The position numbers were made by a program, and so were the translations under genes. Positions 1 to 9,456 of a stretch of 40,309 bases of DNA are shown here, piece by piece. Numbering within the stretch: the first letter of the stretch is position 1; the number at the start of each line of letters is the position of its first letter. This DNA comes from a virus (taxonomy: Duplodnaviria > Caudoviricetes), in the IMG/VR virus record IMGVR_UViG_3300037634_001140, positions 1-40,309 of that record, one strand, 5' to 3'. The notes below the pieces were generated by a model that was not told the DNA's origin, did no database searches, and was given only the letters and a program-made list of their open reading frames with translations.

Positions 1-3000
1 TATTTAATCCATTAGCTTTTAAGAAAGCATGTATTGCTGGTGCGGCTTGCATTGGTCGAGCTGTTAATATAAACATGTTATCAGTACCAAACTTCTCAGC
101 TAGTTTTAAAGCTTTATTAAGTAAAGGTGCGGGTTTACCATCAATAACTTTATTAAACTCTGAGAAATCAAAAGTATATCCTTCTGCTAGTAAATCCTGA
201 TATGTACTAGCATATTGTTCTGCGTTTAACTTTCCTTTAGTTCCATCTGGAGCTGTTGTAATGATATTAGATTTAGTAGTAGCTAGTGTATCATCAAAAT
301 CTAATACAGACATACCTTGTGAAGGTTGGTTAGGTACTCTTGAAAACATTATAGCGTTATCTACAATAGCAACAGTCTCTAGCTGTTGATCTAATGTCAT
401 ATCATTACTTAATAGCGGATAAGCTTGTGTTAATTTATTTTTGATATTATTGATCTCACCTATGTTTTCCATAGTTTTTACAAGTTCGACAGCCGCTACT
501 TTAGCTTGTGCTGGGTTTGCGTGTTTAGATATTAATTTATCAAAAGCATTTCCAGCATCTACGTTGTTAGATACAATATCTGTATTTTTAGAAAAGTAGG
601 TTGTATTATCACCTAAAGCAGTTTCAATATTATTCACTACAGGCGCTGTTAATTCTCCTCTTCTAACTTTATCAATAGCTAGTTGTGCAGCTATAACATC
701 ACGAGCAGTTGCATTATACCCAGGTAGTAATATATCTTTTAAAGCACCCGGTATAGTTACTAGTCTAGTCCAAATATTACCACCAACACTACCTGTTTTC
801 ATACTTACCCCATCAATTATAAGGCCGTCCATAGTTTCCTGTATATCTTTGTTTAATAACACCCTAACGTAGTCTTTTAGTTCGCTATCAACTTTACTAT
901 CAAAAGTACCATCCATCATGTTTTTCAGATTCGAGGTTGTAAACCCAATTAAAGACTTCATATGCTCGTCGTGTCTTTCTTTTATTCTCTGAAACTCTTC
1001 AACACTAACTGGCTGAACAACGCCTTTAGTTACTTTTATTTGAGGATATAGCATTGCTGCGGCAATCTGTTCTTTTAATTGCTCTACAGTCACTTCTAAC
1101 CCTTCGTTATCTATTCGTTCTTGGAGTTTTTGATCTACTAAACGTTGCACTCTAGCTAATTCAGCACCTTTTATTCCTGGGTTTGCACCAGTTAATATAG
1201 CACCAAACGCTCTTGCATCTTTGCCTTCGACTCCGTGGTACCTAGCTACATTCTCTTGAGTAGTAGTGCTAATAACTGATTTTTTTGTTGTACTACCGTG
1301 TATTGATACACCGATAATAGGTGCTCCACCTCTAAGTAATCCTTTTGCAAAGCTACTATTCATTTTGAAAATGGTTGATACCATTTTACCTCTCCTATTT
1401 CTTCCTTGAGCACTTCCGTCGTTTATAAAATTATTAAAACTTGAAAGAAGATATTTTAATGCTTTACTAGTTTCACTTTGACTAAAACCAGCATCTGTAA
1501 TAGCTTTATTAATTAATTGATTTGCTTTCTGAGGGTTGTTTTGATTTTCATTAGCTATTTTTTCAATCTTTTTTACTAAAGTTGTAGTTACACCAACTTT
1601 GCTAAAATCAATATCAGTACTAGGATCTACCGTGTTACCAGCTTCTCTATTTTTTATTATCTCACTAGTCATTTCTTTTAAATCTTCCATTTTTAACACG
1701 CCTTTTGCGTCGTTATGGAAAGTGTAAAGAAATGCTGTGTTTTTTAATACTGCCGTAGGTAAAGTTTCCATGAAACTTTTAATATCAGTTTTAAATATTT
1801 GAACATCAAGAGCTTTATCAGGATTTTTATTGGAAAAATCATAAGGACTAATTGGTTCTAGATCTGGATTTTTTTTGAAAAAGTCAGTCCAATTATTAAT
1901 ACTCTCGCTTGGCATAATTTTACTAATAGCTTTTTTCAAGTTATCAAGTGTTATGCCAAATATTTTAAATTTAGACGCCTCGGCCATCACCACCTTCCCT
2001 ATGTTACCAAACTCAGAAATAGGAATATTAAGATCGTTAGCCAGCTGTTTAATACCAGCTTCTGGATACGCCATGAACTGAGGGTTAGCCTCTAAATAAT
2101 CAAGAGCTTGCTTTACTCTTATTGGATTTACATTAGAGTCTACAGATATTATTTTACCAGTCACCGTGGGCACTTTAGCAAAATATAAATCAGATTTACC
2201 ATCACCAATAACTTTTATAACTGAGAATGGATTAGTTGCATTTATTAAAGCATTTTGTCTTATAGCTTGATTACACGCTAACATTGCTCCTTGTATAGGA
2301 AATGCTCTTAGCATGCCGTCAACACCTCTAGCAGTGTTATTAGGTTTGCCTCTATGTATACCTAAATTTTCTTGAACATGTGTCTTGTTTATATTCTTTT
2401 GTTTAACTTGAAGTGGTAAACCAGCCGCGCTTCCAGTTTTAGCTTTTTTAGCCGCAGCAGTTTTTCTATATAGTAAATCTGTTTTACCTGTTTCAGGATT
2501 AACCATGTTTAGTAAAACTCTAGGTACTCCAGTGGCAGTTCCACTAGCGGTATGACCATCTGGTAAACCAGATACATTTGCGTCTGAATTAAGCAAGAAC
2601 ATTTGTTGAGCAGACCCTCTTTGTTCTTGGTTTAAATCAGAATCATTTATAAGTTTATCTATAGGTATACCATAAAGATCTGCAAATATTTGTAAAACAG
2701 GCTTTAATTTACCTTCTGTTAATAGTTTTTTAACACCCTTATATGTTAGTCCATCTATGTTTACATTAGCATCAGCAACATTTTTAGTAATAACCTTACT
2801 TACAAATCTTTTATTTACTTCGTTTAAGTTTATCTCAGTATCTTTAGGTACTAATTTATTCTTTATAGCTTCGGCTAATTCGTTCTGTACTTCAACAAGA
2901 GCATCGTTATAAATATCTGGATTAGCTTCTACTAGATTTTCTATTCTACCATCTGGAATGGTTAAAGAGTTTACAAACATTCTTTTCCCTTCTCTTTCTA

Positions 3001-6000
3001 TAGGAGTATCACTATCATCAACAGGATCTATTTTAGTTTGTTTTTCTACTTTTTCCTTAACACCTTCTTGCTCTATAGATTGAACAATATTACCATACTT
3101 CGGGTTCTTTTGAAGAAATCCTAGTAACCTAGCGTCAAGTATAGACTTACCACTTGCTGTTGGCGATAGTAAATAAGCCATCACGCTTTCGTAAGGTTTT
3201 CCAGTTTCTTTATTGATCATCTTTAAAGGATCAAAGCCATCTATTAAACCTGTTAAACCTCTTTTGTCATCAGCTATGAAATCTAAGGCTATATCAGCTT
3301 TTTCAGCAGTTATACCCTCAATGTTTTTTAATCTCCCTAGAACGTTCCCCTCGAGTCCGTAAGCCATCTGGGCAGCTAATCTTTTTCTTATTCTATCATT
3401 ACCCCATCGAGATTTATTATCTTTATATATTTGATCAGTTTCTTGATACACTTTAGATTCATAAACCTCACCTTGATCTTTAGGAGCATCAACTTTTTTA
3501 CCATCAACTAATTTGCCAATAGCTCCTTTATCTATAACTTTATTAATAGCTCCGCTTTCATATCCTTTTTCGATGCTATCATTAAAATCTTTTACAAAAT
3601 TATACACGTCTCTACCATTATTAAACTCAATTCTTCCAAGCCAAGAATCAGAATGGTTGTTTTGGAAATACCTACGTATAGTATCACCCATTTTAGTAAA
3701 TAAGTTTTCGTTATATTTTACATCTCCATTTTTAATAGCTTCTGATAAAGTTGTTATTACTTCCTCTCCTTGCATATCCATGCCCTCGTAAGCATTAACT
3801 TTACCTATAAAATCTTCACTAACCTTACTAGCATTATTATTAATATCATTTATTAAAGCGGTACCCATTGCTTTTTGTGTAGCAGGATTTTTCTTTATAG
3901 TCGCCCAAAGAGCGTGATGCATAAACTCATGCATTGGCGTTGTAACATTGTTTTTGTCTATATTAACATCTTTATTAATGTGTATAACAGAATTACCATC
4001 TTTGTTTGTAGATATATAACCAAACTCTGTACTCATTGATTCTATTTGAGCTCTTGCATTTGTTACGTTAGCTAGCTCGTTTCTTGCTTTAATAGCATCT
4101 TGACTATCCGGATCAAGATCTTTTAATCTATTTTTCCAACCTTCAATCTCAGCATCTAAAAACGCGGCATCAGCCGCTGTTGCCTCCGCTATTTCAACAC
4201 CAGTTTGTTCTTGCATTTCAACAGTTCTACCTTCTCCACCTTCTTGCTGTTGTCTTTCATTAAAAGCATCTATTTTTTGTTGTATCTTTTGTTTTTCAAT
4301 TTGATAATTTGCCTCAGCTTCTTCAGCTGTATATTCAGCGAGTATACTCTCTTTGTATTGATTTAATTTATCTACTTTATCTTGTAGTCTTTGAGCTTCT
4401 TTTTTCTTTTTCTCAGGTGTCATTTTCTCATCAACAGCTATAGCTTCAGCTTGTTGTCTGAGTTTTAATATATCTGATTCGGTTTGTATAAGTTGGTTTT
4501 TTTCATTATTTGATAATAAATCTACTTTCTTAATTTCTTGTGCTAGAATATTATTATTATCTAATATTAATTGATTTTTCTCTATTTCATATGATTGCTT
4601 TAACCTTGGATCGATATCACTTTTAATCATTTTCTCTAAATCTAATACCCTCTGTTGATTCTCACCTATTCTTTGATTAGCGTCTGCTGTTGTAAAAGCA
4701 TTAGTGGCAAAATTCTTCATTGCCGGCATTTTTATAAGACCAGATATCATTGCACCACTAACGAATGATTCCGGAACACCATCAAATATACTAGTTAAAG
4801 GTTTATCAGCCCATTCACCACCTCTAAATCTATTTGCCGCGTTTTCACCTATAGTTGCCAAGGATTCAGAAAAACCTTCTGTGAACATATCAACACCAGT
4901 TCGTTTTAAGACAGACGCAACGCTTTTTTTCGTAAAATTGTTAAATCCTAATTTAAAAGCACCATTAGTCATACCACTAACCGCGGCCATTTGTCCAAAT
5001 GTTACTTGTTCTGAAATAGCTTCTACAGCACCTGTTGTCATTGCTATACTATACAATTGAGCGTTAGAGTATAGCGGCTTACCATCAACACTGGGATACG
5101 CATCCATTTCTTCTTGCATTTCTCTAAACTTACCACCAGCTGCTGGTACTAACATAGCGCCAATTTGGAAAGCTTTTGTAGCTTTCATTCCTAATGATAA
5201 ATAACTTGACATCCCGCCCGTAGCATACATTAATGCTAATTGCGGTATTTGATTACCAAGCATACTAGCTGTCCACTCACCAAAGTCGTATATACCATTC
5301 ATTTCATCAAAACTAGACGGTTGCTGTACACCATCATTCCATTCTTCTTCCCATTTATTAAAACCATCATGCATAGCTTTTCGTTGCTCAGGAGATTGAG
5401 CCGCTTGTAATCCCCAACCAGGAATTGCAGCAGTCGTTAACGCTTTAGCCCACATTGGAGAATCTTCGTTTATAATCGCTCTTAATGGATTGAATCTATA
5501 AGAAAACTCTTCAGCGCTTTGTAACAACCCAGCCGTTCCACTAACAATACCATGCGCTAGTAAAGACCCTCCAGTATAATTTTTATCTAATAAATCTGCA
5601 TAAAGAGAGAATTTTTCCAAATCTTCTGATTGCGCTTCCACGCTTCCAAGAACCTCATTATATGCACCCACTAAGTTCTCTCTTTTAGAGTGTAAGGATT
5701 TAGCTGTTTCATTTATACCCGCTAACTCATCTTGTAAAACACTCATTTCTTCATTAGCTTTATCAACCTCTTCTTGGCTTTTAAAATCCCTACCTTGTAT
5801 TTTTTTTAGGTTTGCAACAATTACGTCTGCTCTTTTACCCATAGCTGCCGTTTCCTCATCTATAGATTCTAATTCATTACCAATAAGAACTTGTTGTTTT
5901 AATGACTTTTGAAAATTACCACTTAATTCTTTGTATTGGGTTTCAGTTTTAGAGAATAAATCTCTTTGAGCATCAGATCTAAACATGCCAAGAGTTTCTG

Positions 6001-7489
6001 TCCAACTAGTATCAAGTCCTGTTTCCCCTCCTTCTTCGTCTATAAATTTATTTACATTTGCTACTATTGCCGCTTGTTCTTGGGGTTTTCTTAAATGCTC
6101 TAAAACATTTTCTTTAACATCTTCTCTTGTTATACCAGATAATATTTCTTTATATTCAGGTGTATCTAAAATATCACCAGTGACTTCGTTAGGTAACATT
6201 TTATTTTTCCTTGCATATTCTCTTTTTGCTTTCTGCTCTTTAAAAGCATCAACGGTTTTTGCAAAAGTATCGTGACGATCTTTAAACAACGCTCGGTCTT
6301 GACCAGCGTCCGTAACTGCTTTACCACTACCTGCTTGTATACTTAATTGATTGCTAGTAGTTTCAGAAACAGCACCCTGCTCTAATAGTTTGTATGGATC
6401 AAATTCTTCATTGTCTGATTCTTCTTGTCCTTCGTTAGCGTAATCGTCAAAGCTGTCATAATTATCACTTACATTAACAAAATCATCCCATTGGGAATTT
6501 AAATCCAATTCAATTTCTTCTCGTTGACCTTCATTAACCACCGTAGCATCCATAAACTCATCTACATTATCTCTTTTACCAGCGTGATTAGCTTGGATAA
6601 ACTCATTTAATTTAGCAGCCATTCTGTCATCAGATCCAAATATTCTCCATTGGTCAAGCGGTATTTCTAACTCTTCACCATTCTTTGCAGTAACTGTTAC
6701 ATTGTCAAACGTTCCAGATTGATTAAATTCAAAACCATATTGACGATATTTAGCGTTAAGTTCAGGTATAGCCTCTTCTTCTTCTTTACGTACTAAACTC
6801 GCGTCAACAAGCGGTATTTCGCTTTCAGAATTTAATGATTTTATTAATTCTTCATCTTCTACAACACCATCTCCAGCTCCTTCAAAACCTATATCATATA
6901 CCCAATTACCTGCTTCATTTTTATAATAGTCTTGTGATTCTCCTTCTGGATCAAGCATAGTTACACTATTATCTTGGTTAAGACTGTAATTAGTCTCTTT
7001 ACTAAGATCCTTCATTTGACTATAATATTCGGGGAGTTGGGTTTTGTGGAAACTATCTTTATCGACTAGTTCTGGCTTAGCACCAGGAGTGATGTTCATC
7101 CAGCCGTCTTTAGTGTATTTGTATTCATTACCATCTGAAGCGGTGAAGGTTTCACCTTCTTCACGGTTTTCTGAAAAATCATGAAGATTTTTAGCGGTAC
7201 GTGCCGCCTCTTTTTTTTGTGCTGTTTTTTTAGCTTCTATTTTTCTACGTTTATCATCTTCTATTTTCTGCTTTTTAGCTTTCATTTTCTTTAAAACGTA
7301 AGCCATCTCTTGTTTAGAAAGCCCTGCTTCTCTCATTTTTGTATAGACATCTTGATAAGAAGTTGGATCAAAATCAGGTTGTTCAGGTGTAGGTTGTTCA
7401 AGCGTTGAGTCTACTCCACTCTGCGTTGTACCGTCTGATACAGTATATTCAGTATATTGCTGTTCTTGTCTTAAAGGAGATCTATTCAT
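1..7489 (-). CDS. Giant multidomain virion/ejection ('polyvalent'-type) protein, >2496 aa, 3' end beyond the window; zincin metallopeptidase motif, possible sigma-70 r2-like segment, HAD-phosphatase domain
   Basis: Not in the ORF track because no stop codon falls inside the window. Manual translation from ATG at 7489 (MNRSPLRQEQQ...) found no stop, and all motifs down to base 2 share one frame. HEFMH lies at 3931-3917 with a downstream GEEVIT. DFDDTL lies at 301-284 and is followed by FILTAR. A Gly/Ala-rich hydrophobic helical region spans about 5560-4700, with coiled-coil-like stretches on either side. Confidence 0.9.
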   Translation of the reverse strand, partial: MNRSPLRQEQQYTEYTVSDGTTQSGVDSTLEQPTPEQPDFDPTSYQDVYTKMREAGLSKQEMAYVLKKMKAKKQKIEDDKRRKIEAKKTAQKKEAARTAKNLHDFSENREEGETFTASDGNEYKYTKDGWMNITPGAKPELVDKDSFHKTQLPEYYSQMKDLSKETNYSLNQDNSVTMLDPEGESQDYYKNEAGNWVYDIGFEGAGDGVVEDEELIKSLNSESEIPLVDASLVRKEEEEAIPELNAKYRQYGFEFNQSGTFDNVTVTAKNGEELEIPLDQWRIFGSDDRMAAKLNEFIQANHAGKRDNVDEFMDATVVNEGQREEIELDLNSQWDDFVNVSDNYDSFDDYANEGQEESDNEEFDPYKLLEQGAVSETTSNQLSIQAGSGKAVTDAGQDRALFKDRHDTFAKTVDAFKEQKAKREYARKNKMLPNEVTGDILDTPEYKEILSGITREDVKENVLEHLRKPQEQAAIVANVNKFIDEEGGETGLDTSWTETLGMFRSDAQRDLFSKTETQYKELSGNFQKSLKQQVLIGNELESIDEETAAMGKRADVIVANLKKIQGRDFKSQEEVDKANEEMSVLQDELAGINETAKSLHSKRENLVGAYNEVLGSVEAQSEDLEKFSLYADLLDKNYTGGSLLAHGIVSGTAGLLQSAEEFSYRFNPLRAIINEDSPMWAKALTTAAIPGWGLQAAQSPEQRKAMHDGFNKWEEEWNDGVQQPSSFDEMNGIYDFGEWTASMLGNQIPQLALMYATGGMSSYLSLGMKATKAFQIGAMLVPAAGGKFREMQEEMDAYPSVDGKPLYSNAQLYSIAMTTGAVEAISEQVTFGQMAAVSGMTNGAFKLGFNNFTKKSVASVLKRTGVDMFTEGFSESLATIGENAANRFRGGEWADKPLTSIFDGVPESFVSGAMISGLIKMPAMKNFATNAFTTADANQRIGENQQRVLDLEKMIKSDIDPRLKQSYEIEKNQLILDNNNILAQEIKKVDLLSNNEKNQLIQTESDILKLRQQAEAIAVDEKMTPEKKKKEAQRLQDKVDKLNQYKESILAEYTAEEAEANYQIEKQKIQQKIDAFNERQQQEGGEGRTVEMQEQTGVEIAEATAADAAFLDAEIEGWKNRLKDLDPDSQDAIKARNELANVTNARAQIESMSTEFGYISTNKDGNSVIHINKDVNIDKNNVTTPMHEFMHHALWATIKKNPATQKAMGTALINDINNNASKVSEDFIGKVNAYEGMDMQGEEVITTLSEAIKNGDVKYNENLFTKMGDTIRRYFQNNHSDSWLGRIEFNNGRDVYNFVKDFNDSIEKGYESGAINKVIDKGAIGKLVDGKKVDAPKDQGEVYESKVYQETDQIYKDNKSRWGNDRIRKRLAAQMAYGLEGNVLGRLKNIEGITAEKADIALDFIADDKRGLTGLIDGFDPLKMINKETGKPYESVMAYLLSPTASGKSILDARLLGFLQKNPKYGNIVQSIEQEGVKEKVEKQTKIDPVDDSDTPIEREGKRMFVNSLTIPDGRIENLVEANPDIYNDALVEVQNELAEAIKNKLVPKDTEINLNEVNKRFVSKVITKNVADANVNIDGLTYKGVKKLLTEGKLKPVLQIFADLYGIPIDKLINDSDLNQEQRGSAQQMFLLNSDANVSGLPDGHTASGTATGVPRVLLNMVNPETGKTDLLYRKTAAAKKAKTGSAAGLPLQVKQKNINKTHVQENLGIHRGKPNNTARGVDGMLRAFPIQGAMLACNQAIRQNALINATNPFSVIKVIGDGKSDLYFAKVPTVTGKIISVDSNVNPIRVKQALDYLEANPQFMAYPEAGIKQLANDLNIPISEFGNIGKVVMAEASKFKIFGITLDNLKKAISKIMPSESINNWTDFFKKNPDLEPISPYDFSNKNPDKALDVQIFKTDIKSFMETLPTAVLKNTAFLYTFHNDAKGVLKMEDLKEMTSEIIKNREAGNTVDPSTDIDFSKVGVTTTLVKKIEKIANENQNNPQKANQLINKAITDAGFSQSETSKALKYLLSSFNNFINDGSAQGRNRRGKMVSTIFKMNSSFAKGLLRGGAPIIGVSIHGSTTKKSVISTTTQENVARYHGVEGKDARAFGAILTGANPGIKGAELARVQRLVDQKLQERIDNEGLEVTVEQLKEQIAAAMLYPQIKVTKGVVQPVSVEEFQRIKERHDEHMKSLIGFTTSNLKNMMDGTFDSKVDSELKDYVRVLLNKDIQETMDGLIIDGVSMKTGSVGGNIWTRLVTIPGALKDILLPGYNATARDVIAAQLAIDKVRRGELTAPVVNNIETALGDNTTYFSKNTDIVSNNVDAGNAFDKLISKHANPAQAKVAAVELVKTMENIGEINNIKNKLTQAYPLLSNDMTLDQQLETVAIVDNAIMFSRVPNQPSQGMSVLDFDDTLATTKSNIITTAPDGTKGKLNAEQYASTYQDLLAEGYTFDFSEFNKVIDGKPAPLLNKALKLAEKFGTDNMFILTARPMQAAPAIHAFLKANGLN

Positions 7490-7495
7490 ATTATA

Positions 7496-8710
7496 TTATA
7501 TTCCAAGTTCTTTCATAAATTCATCAGCATTTTCAGAAGTTGATGATTTAATTTGTTCTTTTTTAATAGCATTATACTTATCACCTATTTGATCGTAATT
7601 ATTTTTCATATGTTGGGTTAGATAATTAGTCATTAAATCTCTAGTGTTATCTTCGTTATATAAATCATTTTCAGGATTAGTATAAGCTTCAACAATTTTA
7701 GCTTTATCTGCAGGAGTAAGATACTTAACTTCATCAGCACTTAATTTACCATCATTATTAAAATCTAGTTGTCTTTCCATAGGTTGACCATCATCACCTT
7801 TAATTTCTATAACTGTATTTGGATCTAATCCTAAAGAAGCATAATCTATTTTTGCTAATACAGGAGACTCTAAAAGATTTTCCTTAAAACTTTTACCATC
7901 ACCAAGTATATCGTCGTTTGCTAAAGAAACCATATTCCCAGTTCTGAGCACTTTAGATATATGTCTTTTCGTTTCGTCTTCATCCCAACTGCTTATAGCA
8001 TTATTAACAGAGGCATCAGTTACACTATTACTCTTTATTTTATCTCTTAATTTTTGTAAATCATTTATACTAACAACATCTTCTTGAGATTCGTGAAGTT
8101 TTCGCTCTATATCATTCTTGTTTATCCATTTTCCATTGTATTTAATTTCTACACCATATGCATCGCCATCTTCTGTAACTCTGACCTCTGTTTTTGGGTC
8201 CATTATAGCCTTTAGCATGTTTTGATCTTCCGCGTTTAAATTTTTTATCAAGTTAGGTGATTCTTTACCATCTACTGTCTTTGTATCAAAAGTAGATGCT
8301 ATTTCTTTTCTTAAATCTACCATTTGACTAGTTGTAGTGCTTAAAGTGTTTAATTTACCTAAAAGTTTAGTTGCCTCTGCCTTATCACCTCCTTGTACAG
8401 CTTGATCATATGCATCTTGTAATCCGTTAATTGTTTCTCCATACGCATCATATGCTTGTTGGTTTAAACTACCTCCTGTTTCTAATATGTTTGTTGCTAA
8501 TTCTTCTCCTTCTTTTTTACCATCAGCTATTCTTTGTTCTTCTTTAGCTTTATTAGCCTTAATAGTATCAATCATCTGTCCAGCACCTTTAGATATACTA
8601 TCCATTGCTCTAGACATACCATCATTACTTCGGGGCACACCAGCCATTTTAGCTCGTCTATAGGCTTGTACTAATCCTTGATCCATTTGTTTTATCGGTG
8701 ATTTACTCAT
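7496..8710 (-). CDS. Putative internal virion/ejection protein (404 aa) with an EF-hand-like loop
   Basis: Helical, charged composition. Sits between a small ejection-like gene and the giant protein. Contains DFNNDGKLSADE at 7765-7730 and starts MSKSPIKQ. Confidence 0.6.
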   Translation of the reverse strand: MSKSPIKQMDQGLVQAYRRAKMAGVPRSNDGMSRAMDSISKGAGQMIDTIKANKAKEEQRIADGKKEGEELATNILETGGSLNQQAYDAYGETINGLQDAYDQAVQGGDKAEATKLLGKLNTLSTTTSQMVDLRKEIASTFDTKTVDGKESPNLIKNLNAEDQNMLKAIMDPKTEVRVTEDGDAYGVEIKYNGKWINKNDIERKLHESQEDVVSINDLQKLRDKIKSNSVTDASVNNAISSWDEDETKRHISKVLRTGNMVSLANDDILGDGKSFKENLLESPVLAKIDYASLGLDPNTVIEIKGDDGQPMERQLDFNNDGKLSADEVKYLTPADKAKIVEAYTNPENDLYNEDNTRDLMTNYLTQHMKNNYDQIGDKYNAIKKEQIKSSTSENADEFMKELGI

Positions 8711-8721
8711 AATTTATTATT

Positions 8722-9453
8722 TTATTGGGGATACGTGTATCCTGTGTTTGTAATTGTCCCACCTCCATACGTACTCCCGACATTTCCTTGCCCACCTCCA
8801 ATCATACTTGCGTTTGCACCACCAACTCCACCACCAGCTCCACCTACTCCTCCACTTGCAGCTTTGAAAATACCACTCGTGGCGGTACCAATACCTGACC
8901 ACATCTTATCATCTGCCCGCTGCTTTTTGAGTTCCGCGGCTTCAACGTCAGCAGCGCTCATACCCATAAGTGTAGATATTTTGTTTCTTTCCATATCTCG
9001 AGACTTCATCTCACCTCGTCTTTCTTCACTTTGTATATGGGCAGCAGCTTGTCTTTCAGCCATTTGATTAGCGGCTTCTTGTTTACCAATTGATATAGCA
9101 GCTTTTTGAGCATCTAGAGAACCTGTATTAGCCATTGTTTGGGCTAAAGCAGCGATACCAGATCCACCTGCAGCACCTCTCATTTGGCTTAATATATTTG
9201 CTTGGCTTTGTTGTTGTTGTTGTTTCATGAAATCAGCTTCCTGTTGATTAACAGTTAGATCTTCCATTTTATTTTCTAGATTAGCAAAAGGATTACTTGT
9301 GTCTAATTGAGAAAATTGCTCCTTTCTTCTATCCATTTCAGCTTTAGCTTTCTTTCTTTCTTTCTCAGCAGCTTTCTTTTGCTTAGCACCAGATATAGCT
9401 TCAGCTACTCCACCGCCAACCAAAACAGCCGCGCCTACTATTAAAAAACTCAT
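8722..9453 (-). CDS. Putative small ejection/pilot protein (243 aa)
   Basis: Hydrophobic Gly/Ala N-terminus (MSFLIVGAAVLVGGGVAEAISG), Q/A-rich coiled coil and Gly-rich C-terminus. This composition and position are typical of the first podovirus ejection protein. Confidence 0.6.
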   Translation of the reverse strand: MSFLIVGAAVLVGGGVAEAISGAKQKKAAEKERKKAKAEMDRRKEQFSQLDTSNPFANLENKMEDLTVNQQEADFMKQQQQQSQANILSQMRGAAGGSGIAALAQTMANTGSLDAQKAAISIGKQEAANQMAERQAAAHIQSEERRGEMKSRDMERNKISTLMGMSAADVEAAELKKQRADDKMWSGIGTATSGIFKAASGGVGGAGGGVGGANASMIGGGQGNVGSTYGGGTITNTGYTYPQ

Positions 9454-9456
9454 ATC

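Noticed and set aside
284-301. DFDD as a possible crAss-type virion RNA polymerase catalytic motif
   Set aside because: The sequence is DFDDTL (DxDxT, HAD motif I) followed by FILTAR, not DxDxD. No RNA polymerase signature was recognised in the visible part.
3143-3166. SPTASGKS, a Walker A/helicase motif I look-alike in the giant protein
   Set aside because: I found no Walker B/DExx motif at a suitable distance, and the surroundings look helical. It is probably coincidental, though a profile search should confirm.
8717-8902. Trp/Arg-rich 61-aa ORF resembling an antimicrobial peptide
   Set aside because: It is an alternative frame of the GGT/GGA glycine-repeat tail of the 243-aa gene, so the W/R richness is a codon artefact.
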